Source: Phoronis australis (taxonomy: Eukaryota; Animalia; Phoronida). From it: DNA of 64,000 bases. The notes below the pieces were generated by a model. The model was not told the DNA's origin. It saw only the letters and a program-made list of their open reading frames with translations, and made no database searches. Shown piece by piece: positions 1 to 12,378 of the stretch. Position 1 is the stretch's first letter. Every line of letters starts with the position of its first letter. Position numbers and translations under genes: made by a program. The stretch spans positions 484,866 to 548,865 of the forward strand of contig NMRA01000232.1 in the NCBI GenBank assembly GCA_002633005.1, read 5' to 3'.

Positions 1-183
1 AATCCGTGGCATTCTCCTTTAAGTTGACTGGCAAGCTAACGAACAAAGCCAGTCTACAGTAAGCCACAAACGGCCGACTCAGTTGTTGTCTTCTTGTGAG
101 GTTATTGTCAAATTTCCCCGTACAACTCTGAAGTATTATACATGTACTGTACCTTGCTTGGAGTTGCTGCCCTAGGTAAATTA

Positions 184-1151
184 CATAGGCGGATTTAAGG
201 GGGGCCCAGGGGGCCCGGCCCCCCTCCTTGGCTGCCGCAAAAAATAAAACACCAAGGGCGTAGGGAAATGTTGAGTTTATCAATTAACCCGGGTAATTAA
301 AATTATACGGATGAAACAAGATTTAAATGTGTGTATTTTTAGTGTTTGGGGGGGGGGCTCAGATCCAATTTCAAGTGTCAAATTCCGAACACGGCGCAAT
401 CGTAACGGAACTATATTGCTAAATATAGGCTCTCCCGTGATATCCCAGGCGACCAGCAGTGGCGCTGCGCACTACGACTCCGTTTCCGTCGTCTGCTCCA
501 CTGTGCAATGAAGAAAATTTACTTCAAAACGGAACCTGAGTGACGATGAAAAAACAGAAGCTACTGGTAAGATGTGAATTTTAATCGAAGCCTTAGTGAA
601 TCACTCAGAAACTCATAATTCTCTCTTTGTCAAACGTTAACTTAATACGATTTCCAAAGCAATCCCGTCATAATTGCCAACACGAAAAACGGATTTGGTC
701 TTTTGGGTATTTGAAGACAATTTTAAATACAACAAATTTGTTACGAACCGAGTGCACAAAATATAAAACGTGTAATAAGCATTACAAAAAGAAATAGGTT
801 TCGCGCGCAAATGCTGTGGACCATAAACAAGTAGGTCTCTTCAAGCATCAGATTAGGAGTTAAATCGTTGTGGTGCAGTGGTAAAGCACGCGCGCTCTAT
901 CCGCCAGGTCGTGACTTCGAGTATGTGGTATGTGCAGTTTTTCCTGTTTGACACATTCTCCATTTTTGCCTTTTTTCTTGGATAATACTTCAGGAATCAA
1001 GGAAAATGCTTGATTTTTAGAGGAAAAAACAGAAAAATTTCCTCCCGACCTCCCCCCATTCGGTGCTATGCGCATCTACAATCGTGGTTTGCGCAAATGC
1101 TTACAGAAAAAATGTTGCCCCCCCTTGTGATATCCTCTAGATCCGCCACTG
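184..1151. mobile_element. Degenerate hAT-like MITE ends (GGCGGAT/poly-G type)
   Basis: The left end CATAGGCGGATTTAAGGGGGG (184) and right end CTAGATCCGCCACTG (to 1151) are imperfectly inverted, with G/C runs inside. No TSD is visible, so the ends may belong to two different copies. Confidence 0.4.
866..925 (+). mobile_element. tRNA-derived SINE head remnant
   Basis: A-box-like TGGTGCAGTGG at 871-881 and a degenerate B-box-like GACTTCGAGT about 40 nt later. No closed cloverleaf. Confidence 0.35.
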
Positions 1152-2733
1152 TATTAAACCTACATTTCGCCCTGTTTGACTGGCTTGAAAAACGAATATC
1201 GAATTAGGCCTTTTACCCTCATAAAATCACAATATTCTTTAAGATGACAACTGCTATTTCGGCGTTACCAACAGGGCGACTGTCAAAACCACCAGCGATC
1301 CAAAAACGACTTCAGACTGTATTGGGGTTGTCCATCTCTAAAACTGCGAATTTGACAATGGTGCATGTACGCAGATTGCTTGTGACTTGAGTGGTCAAAT
1401 GGAAAGAATCATGTCACGATGCCGAATATTTGATACCGTTTATAAGAGCAAGAGGCCAAATTCGATTTTCGTTTTTTGCCCCGCTAAACAGGGTGAATTA
1501 TAGTTTTAAGTGAGTCAACAGTTTGAGACATCAGTTAACATGAGTCGATCCATTTCATGATAAAAAGTAAACTACGAGCGCAAACATGCGCATTACCCTC
1601 TGGACATTACAATGACCAAATGCAACGGTTTGGTTTGCCAAATTGCGTTCCACGAGGTTTTGACCTGGAGCTCTGTGTTTGTAAGTACTGATTCACAGAC
1701 AGGTAATGTGCCTATGACCGCGTATGCTAGAGACTGCTCTGATTATTGACTCTTGAACACGCGTATTGCTTCAGAAAGATCTACTCATTCGGATTTCGAT
1801 GGCAGTGTCGATTAATTACATTGGTCAGTGCTGCTATACGCTAGTGTCTGCCATCTGTAGGAGTTTGAAGTTCATGATGTCGCTGCTTTACTTATCTTGT
1901 TACAGTCGGTCGCGTTTTTCCATTACTCTGCTGGCTTATCATGTAGTCATTTACAAATCTATTCTCTTTGTCTCAAGAGGATGATTAGTTACAACGAAGG
2001 ATACTTTAACGCGTCAAGTGAAGCTTTTCAAGAAAGTATGAATCCAGGGGAAGTGGAAATTTAAGACCGAGTGTGTGACTGGAGAATTTTCTGTTCTGCA
2101 CCATTTGGTACGGATTTACTCGACACAACCCAACCCCGTCGTTAGGGCCAACTGAAGGTGGTCCTCTTTCAGATCCTTGGTGGGTGGTCTGTAATCTATG
2201 ACTCTTCTTAACTGAATTTTGTCGATGATGCATTCTTACTGTTAGTTCGTCCAGGCCTTAATTAATAGTACATTTGACCATTTACCAGTGATTGGGACTA
2301 TGCTAAGATTTAGAAAAATTTATCGCAGCCACCATGGAACATATCGTACCGGAGTTTTGTTCAGACGACCCCGGGGCGTTTGTTCCGAAAATATTCGGCA
2401 GTTCAGAGAACAAAAGTCAAAACCAGTTATACGCCCGGGTGTATAGCTAGAAATGACGAATGTACGATTACGAGTATCAGTACTGTTACCATCCCTCAAA
2501 TTGAGACACGTCGTTTCAGATTCAAACATGCTTATTCTTACAAGTAAACGTTCTTGACGTATCAGCAGAATTTTTGCGTTGTATACGCCCACTGAGAGTA
2601 CTTACAGATAGAGCTGTTTGCAGAAAATCCGGTTAACATGCACGGTAAGCAAGTGGGAATAAACTTAAGTGTTGTACCAGTATAATCGTTAACTGGTTGA
2701 CCTCGTGTTTTTATGCATTTATATGAAATACTT

Positions 2734-3115
2734 CTGGGCCCGGTCTCTAATCTTTTTACTCGAAATGAAACTCGAAATTATGTTTGGCATTTTCTACTCT
2801 ACTGTTGTGCGAACTCGAGATAAGTGTCTATTATTCTATGCTCGAGTACATGACTTATGTGGATTTTTTAGTCCTAGTTTGCAGTTGATAAACCCAACAT
2901 TGAGGCTAAAAGCTCGACTTAGAACTCGAAATTTCGAGTTTTTACTCTAGTTTGTACCACGAATATAAGGGTCATCAAGGGCAAACTTGTACTAGAATCT
3001 CATATGCGTAAACTAATACTAACCACTTATCTTGAGTTCGCACAAAAGTAGCAGAGAAATTGCCAAAAATAATTTCGAGTTTGTTTCGAGTACAGAGATT
3101 AGATTCCGGGCCCAG
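2734..3115. mobile_element. MITE, probably PIF/Harbinger type
   Basis: TIRs: CTGGGCCCGGTCTCTAATCTTTTTACTCGAAA versus the reverse complement of the right end, CTGGGCCCGGAATCTAATCTCTGTACTCGAAA. GGCCC termini are flanked by CTG/CAG (CWG). Many internal ACTCGA/TCGAGT sub-repeats. Confidence 0.8.
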
Positions 3116-4989
3116 GTCTCAGCGAGCTGCATCAACCGTTTGTTTGAATGACGTCAACGGCCGGGCATTGTTGACGTCATTGCAAGATACCGTGACAAAA
3201 TTGGCGTTATCCGAAGGTATCTCTATTCAATCACGAGCGCTGGTCGTTACCCTCTTCTGAAGTGTTCCTCTATTCGCAAAAGGTATTTATAACAACGTGA
3301 CTTTGATGTTTTAGTCGGTGCGAGGCATAATTCGCCGAAAAGCTTCCGGCGTATGGAGCGCCTATAGGAGCTGCATCGCCTCTGGTCGGGTCAACAGAGG
3401 CGATGGTCATTGACTGACTCGGATTTCATGCACAAATAGCCTTACCTTACAATTACTGTGCAAAACGTTACACTTTGCTCTGAATTTAAGGAAATGGAAT
3501 TAAATGTTGGTTCCAAAGGCATTCAGCAAATGTCTGTACTTGCAATAAAAACACTGCTTTATCTTTCAGTTGTTAGAGTGGCCACGACACACAGGGCTAA
3601 TCTCCGCACGAAAGCAGTCTCGACTGGCGGAGGGGCGACCTAACTGAATCTGATTTATGTGCAGCGCCACCACCCAGTTTAAATTCCTAATGTACCCCCA
3701 TTGAATCTGTAAGAAAAGTAGCTTTAAAAGTAGTTTTGTGTTCGGAGAAAAGCTTACCGTATCTGCAACGTCTTGTGGTCTCGATGAATAATCGTCCAGC
3801 ACCGCTCTAAACCTATTTGCTAAGCCCGACATATTGCATGTGTAAACAAGTGTACATGAGCAAAAGGCTTTCAGGCCGGGCGATTGGCTGGGCTAAACCT
3901 GACAAGTCCTTCAGCTCAACGTTACTTAGCAAATTGCACGATATTAATAAATAACGAGCTATTTAGTAAATAGCGATTTATCCCCGCCAAGTAGCAAACT
4001 CGTTTCTAATTATTAAAGTGCAAACGCTACGTTTAACCTGCTATTTACAAATGGTAACCCCATGATTAACACTATTACAGAAAAGCTGTGACTTAATGTC
4101 TTTACTTATTACTCGGGAAAGTCTCGAGAACAGCAAACCATGAATTCCGATGTTCCAACTGATTGTTTTCACCAGCCGCGAACATCAACTTGCCATTGAC
4201 TTTGACCCAGATGTTGGGCCAAACCACGTGACGCACTTTACGACAATTGACTGTTTTGAAATTGGTTTGCGGAAAAATACAGTTCGTCGCTGGATTTTTG
4301 AAATTTTTTTTTTCATGAATACCAAAAGATAAATACTTTACGTTGCACGTGTATACATGTATGTTTACTGGTTACCAAAATTTATCGGGTTTTGTTATGA
4401 AGGCAAACAAAGGAACGCTTGGCATATATGTTCGGTGACACGCAAAATGAAAGAAAACATAAAATAATAAGAAAATAAAAAGATTACTGTCCCTTCACAC
4501 CTTTGGGACATTGAAATCTAAACATAGTGTGGCGCAACTGTAATAAACTTGATCATGTGATGCTGTGCTATTTCTCGAGGGAAGAAAGATCCAAAATTAA
4601 ACTCATCGACGTCACGTGTTGATATAATTAACAAAGGAGAAGAAAAGAATGGTATTATATAGTGTCTACGTGTACGTCATTTATCACGTGTAGGTGAAAT
4701 CCGCAAAATGCGTTGTTATGGAGATTTTTCTCGACTGTAGCGAAAGAGCAATTTGGCATCAGTTCTTCGTAACGCCTACAAACCTGATTAAAATCACGAC
4801 TGCGTTGTCTGGAATACCTTTCGAAATGTTTACGTCAAACATTTAGTAAAAGTATGCATGTTTGAAGAAACAAGAACTCCTTGTGTACGTATACACACAG
4901 GGGCGAGGGCAGGCATTTAATAAAATCGAGATTGTTAAAAATGCATATTAATAGTTTCCAAAACATTGCTTTCTTGATTTTTACATAAA

Positions 4990-5123
4990 GGACATTATCG
5001 GCGAAAAAACGATTTTCTGAGATCAGCGTCAATGCGGAATCTAGCAAGCGTTTCTCCGCGCGACTGCGCTGAGGAGGCGTAGCTGAAACTCACACGATGA
5101 GTGGCATATGGTATTTAAAGTGT
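4990..5123 (+). repeat. Dispersed repeat family A, copy 1
   Basis: GGACATTATCGGCGAAAAAACGATTTTCTGAGATCAGC...TTTAAAGTGT aligns by eye with 37695-37840 and partly with 17653-17705. Confidence 0.65.
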
Positions 5124-6771
5124 ATTAAATTTTGATAACTGATTGATTTCTGATGACTTCTAGAAAACGTCGAGAATTAACAATTTGAAATAAAATCAGA
5201 AATGTAATGGATTTTGTTGTTTTATAGCTACCCAATAACTCCAACACATCCATTGGTAATCCAAAAAAAAAACGTTTCTCGGCCGTAGAACCATCGGGTA
5301 CCATGGGGATAGCCTGCATGTTCTTTAAGAGTAATTAGAAATAAACTAACAAGTACTGGACATGTTATCCTTATAAAAGCATGAAAGTTTAACGACAGCG
5401 TTATCATTATATTAGTAAACAGACAACACCTCGGGTTTTTCGTCAATTTCAAACTGCAAAGTGATTGTGCCAAAAATTTGATGGTTGAAATAAATGATCG
5501 ACTATACTTGGACATGTTGTTTAAACAAACTTTCAATAAACCAGCCTTCCGACAAAAATAGCTTTTGATTTAGACCATTTAACGATATAAATTTGGTTTC
5601 AATTTGCTCCTTTCATTGACTGGAACTGTTTTTTGGGGGGAGGCTTCAGGAGAAGTGACCCAATTCATTATTGGTTGAGATCAGGTTCATAAAGTTGGCT
5701 AGTCATTTTGTGTTACAAACATGACCCAAAGAAATGAAATGTCCGTTCTTTCCACGCCTAGCAAGCTCTTCGTACCTGCCTGCCGTGAGTTGGAACAAAG
5801 TGCGCCTCTTTGACACGCAAAGTTATCCAAATCCAAAATTATGCATGTTGTTTCTTTGACGGTTGGGTTTATACATGTAACAGTTTTGACCAAACTGAAA
5901 ACGACACACTCGGCGCATACATGTCAGTTGCGTGCATACAGGGCTGCGTTCCCCGCCTAGAGGGAAGAACCTCACGGAAACTGAAGATCCCGCAAGCCTT
6001 CGTGTCAGGTACGCATTACAAGCGAAACAGGTAAACACGCTAGCGTTTCTCGTATCTCGAGTCTACAGAATGCAACCCAGGTGTCTGTGTATTAACTAAT
6101 GACACAGACGCAACAGTAGAACCATCTAATGAACAGAGGCTAATCAATGACCACCTTAAAAGCTCATGCTGTAGAATAACTTTAACGGATTCCCGATAAA
6201 ATCTTTTTGCGAAACGACTGTGCGCACTGGAGCTCTACGCAAATGCACACTCGGAGACATACTCATCCGCACCTTTATATAGCGAGTTCGAAACTAATGA
6301 AAATACATGTACTCTAATGTGGACGAAGTTATCCATAAAGTACACTGTACATTTTGTTACGTAAAATCTTTTAAAATTTTTGGAAACACTTTTTCAACTC
6401 ATTTAAAAAGCATGCACATTCATCGACGTTACTTTGATGCCGAATATGTCAAAGCGTATTATTTAATTAACTTCCGACTTTATTAAATAACTTAACTTTG
6501 ATTAAAGATTAATCATCAGATTTCCAGAATTTGCCACGTGATCTTCTACGTTACAAAAAGCCAACAGTAAAGGGGGTACAACAGTTCTCACCTGGGTTTG
6601 CCTATCAGAACATACGTCAATGGACTCGTCACTCTTTCTTCACGCTGTCGAAAACTGTATGCAAAGAATGAAAAGTTTTGAGTCACTTCACATCACAAGC
6701 CCTACAGATGAGCACAAAAACTTTATTCTCTCTTGTAGTTTTGACCCTTTCACTGGTATTGAAAAGTAAAG

Positions 6772-7490
6772 TAGGCTAAGAAAAAAGGGGTAAAAACAAA
6801 AAATCGCCACTTTTCACCCCAAAACCGCCCCTTCCCTGCCGATGCGCGATATAAGCCAACATTAGATTCTGAAAACAAATTACCTACAGATTTCAAAAAT
6901 GTGGTCCAAAAGTACAGTCAACCAACCAGTTCTTTTTTGCAATTCTGGCTTGCTTGAGGAATGCAGTGAAATCGCAGCCGATTTCTCAGTGCTACCCAGC
7001 AATGCACAAGTGCAACAGCTAGGGTAACGCCATCTTGAAGAAGAGTGCAGCTACAACCGAGCAAGTGGTTTTTCTCATTTCCAACATGTTCACAAATACA
7101 AACAAACCACATTCACTGAGCCTACATGCAACACCTACCTCAAAACTGCCCCCAAGCCTGTCCTAACCCTAGGTTTTAGTATTTTGGCACTGCAAACTGG
7201 TAGCGGCCGCAGCCTCAAAGTCATCCAGTACTGGCTGTTTCATTGCGTTACTCGATAGCGGATCAGTCGGAATGCATTCTACTGAATACCCAAGACCGGG
7301 CTTTGGCTTTTCATTTTTATTCTCATTGTCGGAGTTTACCCCATAACGAAAATGTTTCACCCTCATTCCATTTTTGACCACCCAAAATGTTTTTAGTAAC
7401 ACTGTCTGATTCTTTGACACGTTGCTGTGACAAATAACCATCTGAAGCAATTTTGGGGCAAATGGGGGCGACAAATCTTGTTTATTTTCA
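6772..7490. mobile_element. Old MITE-like element with degenerate inverted ends
   Basis: AAAAACAAAAAATCGCCACTTTTCACCCCAAAA (~6792-6824) is imperfectly inverted at ~7449-7488 (TTTTGGGGCAAATGGGGGCGACAAATCTTGTTTATTTT). Confidence 0.35.
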
Positions 7491-9221
7491 TCGTGTCGGC
7501 GGTGTTACGGCACCACGAAAGTAAAATACTTTTTAAAATTCAAACAAAATGTCTATGGATTATAAATGACATATTTTCACACATACACGCACGTGTCGTA
7601 CTATTTTTAATCGTTTACATTCACTGGACTCACAGACAGTGAATAGTTTCCACGTAGGGCGCGTTTATTTCATATAGTGTATGCCACTCACTTACTCAAT
7701 TATAATGTTCATTTGCCCTTGAACTTCCGCTCTATCACCTTTCGCTCCCGTTGTGTGTGTATATATATTTTTGCGCGTATGTTTGTACGTATATACATGT
7801 AAGAGTGCTTATCCTTATCACTTCAAGTTTTTATACTCACCGAGCAATTCAACGACAATACGCTATAGATCACAAATGCAACCTAACAAATGACTATTAA
7901 CAGTAATTACCAATTAATATCTCATAACGACACCCATCGGCGTATATACTGATTAACCACACTAATTATATGTTGTGAAGCCTGCGTGAGACAGTAAACG
8001 TTAGTAATAGTTTATCGCAAGTTATAATGTGTGAGAGGGTTCTGCCCCTGCACTGTGAAGGAATTCCGACTGTCAAATCAGACCTTCCATCGGATTCGCA
8101 CGACCGGCGTGTCTGACTACTTACCGCCAAAGGAATAGCATCAGGACATGCTGAAGCGTGATTGCATTCTGAGTGATCACATTTTGTGAAAATTATTCAG
8201 ACGTTATGAATTGCAAAAGTTCAGTCGTACGGTGGTTCGTGTAGAATTAAGCCTATGGATATCCGGTTGAATCCGTCTCATGCGAATTTTATAAATGTAT
8301 TGCGAAGCGGTCAGACTGTCTTACCTTCTCAGTCTTTTTAAGAAGTAAACCAGCGACTATCGAACAGCGATATGTTATTCTTCTAGGGCCACTGTCATTA
8401 TTCACTGGAAAGATGGAGTAGGCTTCAGCTCTATAATCTTCTGCGGAATACAACCTATCCTATGTGCTGTCATAAAATATTAAAACGCTTAACGCATAAA
8501 AAGCAATGCAGTGCTTTGCTCTGGCTCTCGCAAACTCTCGTTAGTTTATTGTGATAACGCAAGCTATATCACATTTGATTAATCGCGTCAGCTATCGATT
8601 GGCATCATGAAGTTGAAGTTATACAGTACAACGCTTCAGTAATATACCTAACCGACGGTGTTTTGTATTCGCCTCCTTTACTAAAACAAAGCGCAGCATC
8701 GATTTCCGGTGTGAGCTTACAAAACAAGCGGATTAAATGTGTTTGTTCCTTCTCAAGTCACATTATTCGTATCATTCGCTTATTGAGTGGGTTATTTATG
8801 AAGGTGTTACGTGCTAATACCTAATTATTAAGTCCGTTGAATAATATTTAATGGTCAAATGCTTCTGTTAATCAAACAACATGTGCCGCACCCTGTCGGC
8901 AAAAACATATGGCTGTTGCGGGACCTTCAATTTGCCTGAGCTTGGATATGAAAATAAATTTCTTGATTGAAGCTCCACAAATTTTGGCCAAATATTTTTA
9001 CTAGCCGCATCCCGCCAGATTTTGATTGTCACTGAATCGTATATGTCATGTTCAATTTTGAAAGCTCTGGTTTAACTTAAAGATGTCACAGTTACTTTTT
9101 TAGAAATTCCACCGGAGTCAGATTTTTACCGATGTTTACAAACGGCGAATTGTTCAATGGACAATTGGCCTTTGCTGTTACGACTGTGTTTGATGACGAT
9201 CTCGTGCTTTCTACCAGACCT

Positions 9222-9340
9222 AGTTTCTTGCAAGAAAGGCTAGATCTCGTAAGACTTTGCGAGATATCGTCATATATCCTAGCTAAGAACGTGGTCTCAC
9301 ACTAGCTTGCTATTAATAGCGAGATTCTTGCGCCTACGAA
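9222..9340 (+). repeat. Dispersed repeat family B fragment
   Basis: AGATCTCGTAAGACTTTGCGAGATATCG resembles AGATCGTGTAAGACTTCGTGAGATATCG at ~16320-16347. Confidence 0.5.
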
Positions 9341-11937
9341 ACTCTACACAGGTGAAAACATGGTCGTGTTCAGTTTTAACAAAACCAAAAGGTAAATGTG
9401 TACGCCCTGTCCACGTGATCGTGTATTCATTTTAAAACCGAAATTCTTTTAAGTTTGGGAAATGCCCATCCTTTTCGACTACTGAACACGTGGCATCGGA
9501 GTTTTCGAAAAGTTGTCTTTCCAGTTAATAGTACGTGGACAGAAGGCCGGGTGTCACGGTACACCGGCGCAAAGAAAGGGGATGTCAAACTACTGGGTAT
9601 TTGAGCTATTAGCACGATACAGCCCAGTGCAAAAGGCAACTTTCTTTATTTGCTCTTCCAAAGTAACGCCATCGATATCTTATCCTTTGTTTGAATTGAA
9701 ATTGGTTTCAATTTAGAAATCGCCAGATGAATTCCACTGCCGGCTATGCCGATTTGGTGAGTAAAACTAGCCCGCCTACGGTGACAAGCAACGACTTGTC
9801 AGTTCTCAAGCTTAGAAGTGAGGAACCGATTTTATTAGATCAAACGGCCAATCAGTAGTTATTTTTGACACAAAGCGTGGGTTCATTACGCCTTCAAGAG
9901 ACCGAAATAACATTCGGAGATTACGACGGTTTGGATTGGTATTTTGCGCCATCTATTGAGAAATACTTTAGGGGCTTGCAGGTGCTGCCGCAACAGCTAG
10001 AGAGAGCAGACTACTGAGTTCGAGTCATTCTACACAGGTTCGTGTTTCGTGACACAATCAATTATAGAACAAGGCAGTAATACCAAGGATGGTAACTAGA
10101 AAATCTTTGGTAATACGACGATTCTCTATACTTGTCTCGCTCAGTTCCTTAATTGCCTGGGAGACTCGAGTGTCAATGTTAACAGAATGATATGAAGACA
10201 TGGAAGTGCTATGCGCTGCAAAAAAAACAAATGGACATTGCAGCTGATGACTGGCATGTGGAAGCAATGATTGTTGTATTGTCATTGTCAGTGATATCAT
10301 GAGGTGTACTGACAGTCTTTGACGACGTTACAGGTTAACGTTGTTTTCCAAGTTTGTGCATCGAGAGTTTATTCAAACTGTCACAATTAGATGGATATGA
10401 CCGATTGTGCAAAGCCACAAACCCAAAAACTGTCTCAATGAATAATTACGACAATTTATGCTTCGGAGGACTACACTTATTAACTGTCCGAATTTGAGGA
10501 GGCGACAATTCATGTTCGCAGCTCCGCCTGTACAGTTTGTAGCAGGCAAAGCATCTTTCACATGTTGACATTGATAAAGGTCATCTTGTTAATATCATTG
10601 AAATTCTTGTTGCATTTGTATATTACATTTAAGTTTATGCATTCATCTGTACATGAATATAATGTGTGTAAATGTAATAATTTTGATGACCAGATATAAT
10701 GTTTCATAGTGCTTTCTGGGCTTTACTATTATTATTGTATAATGCATTTTTGTAATGGCAAATTAAATCTCCTGTGCATGCAACAACTTATCATTCAAAG
10801 CCGAGGGTGCATGCAGGTTACACCTTACATGTACATGTATATGCCTAAGGTCACTGTCCCCCCGTAGGTAGTCCATAGCTCCAGTCATTTCATTCTCTGA
10901 CTATATCGGGGGGGCAAGTTCATTTTTCTTGTGTGGCTAGAATTGGGTTCAATATAATATTAGAGGAGGTACCGCGTTTCAAGTTGCACACTTTTTGTGA
11001 AAACAAAATTTTATGTTCTCTTAATCTAACATTTATCAATAGGTGGCGTTGTATGCTGTCTCTTGTCAGCCACAAGCTAAGATATTGAGAATGTTCACAA
11101 GGTCATATTCAGTAGCATACCCAATGGTGAAAAAACGAAATTTATTATTGGGAAATCGTCAGCTTTCCAATTCTTTTAATATCCATTACAAACAACGCAA
11201 GCCGCGATTAGTGTTTAATTTTACAACTTAAACTTGAAGTATGATACTTGCAATTGCTTTCCACAACGGTGATTTTTGTGACTCTCGCAGTTTGGATAAA
11301 ACCTACTAGTGTTGTGTTCAATCACTGGTTGTCTATAATTACTTGATGACGTGTTTTCTTTAATTCTGCGCACTTTTTATTTTGTTACCGTGATAAAGGT
11401 ACTGACACACCATGCCCTCATTGTCATCCACCCTACACACTGTTGCATTTCTGCCTTCTTTCGAAGTATGCTACGTCTGAGAAAACTTCCAAAAAGATAG
11501 ATTTAATCCTTTTTGAACATCCACGTTGGCTTTGACAGTGTTCAAAAGCTTTTGTGGATTGATTAAATAGTGTTATCACAACAAGTCAACAACTTCTGAA
11601 GATTACAAAATAGACAAACTTGCAAAATGGTTTCATTAACGTCACAAAAATGTTTCGCAACCAACGATACCCTGTAGGCTGCTGTAAAAACCTGTTCTTC
11701 TGAAAATTCAAACTTTCCCCTTTTGGTCCCAAGTCACGATTTTATAGGCCTTTTTAATGTATTATGAAGCCACCTCATGGAGCTGAAATGCAGGCAAATC
11801 AGTACAATTTTAACACGTTATTTCTCTGACTTAATATCAAGTACAGAGAGCCTTCTGTATGTTCTGCTCTGCTTGAATTTAAGCACATCTTCATAAATTA
11901 CAGAAAAAAACCTTTCCAATCAAATGGTTAAGTAATC

Positions 11938-12378
11938 ACATGCAGACGCACACGATGATATGGGAGTAATTAAAACATTGATCCATTTGTTTTACATGTA
12001 ATTAATTCACCTATACAGGTTTTGCAATGTTTCCTTGTCAAATGATTCTGTTTGCACATGCATATTTCCACGTGAGACCGGGTAAACAGATTCAAACTTT
12101 GCTTACTTGTTTAAAGTATTTACCATATCTAATTTTCCTACCGTATTAATATAACGCTGATATTTTATATTAATCGGAACCTTCCAAGTCAAAAGTCTTT
12201 GTGATAACATACAGTTGCACACAGTCATATGGGACTAATTAAAACTTGTTCCATTTGTTTTACATGTAATTAATTACCCTGTGCAAGGTTTGCACTCTTC
12301 CTTTGTCTGCAGGTCAAAAGATTCTGTTTGCACATGCACATTTCCACATCAGACTGGTTCAATAGATTCAAACTTTGC
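11938..12378 (+). repeat. Diverged direct repeat, two ~165-bp copies (11938-12102, 12208-12378)
   Basis: Both copies share ATATGGGA.TAATTAAAAC, TCCATTTGTTTTACATGTAATTAATT, GATTCTGTTTGCACATGCA.ATTTCCAC and AGATTCAAACTTTGC. Confidence 0.85.

Noticed and set aside
8115-8420. Minus-strand donor-like sites (GTAAG) suggesting exons
   Set aside because: No consistent reading frame or partner exons could be assembled.
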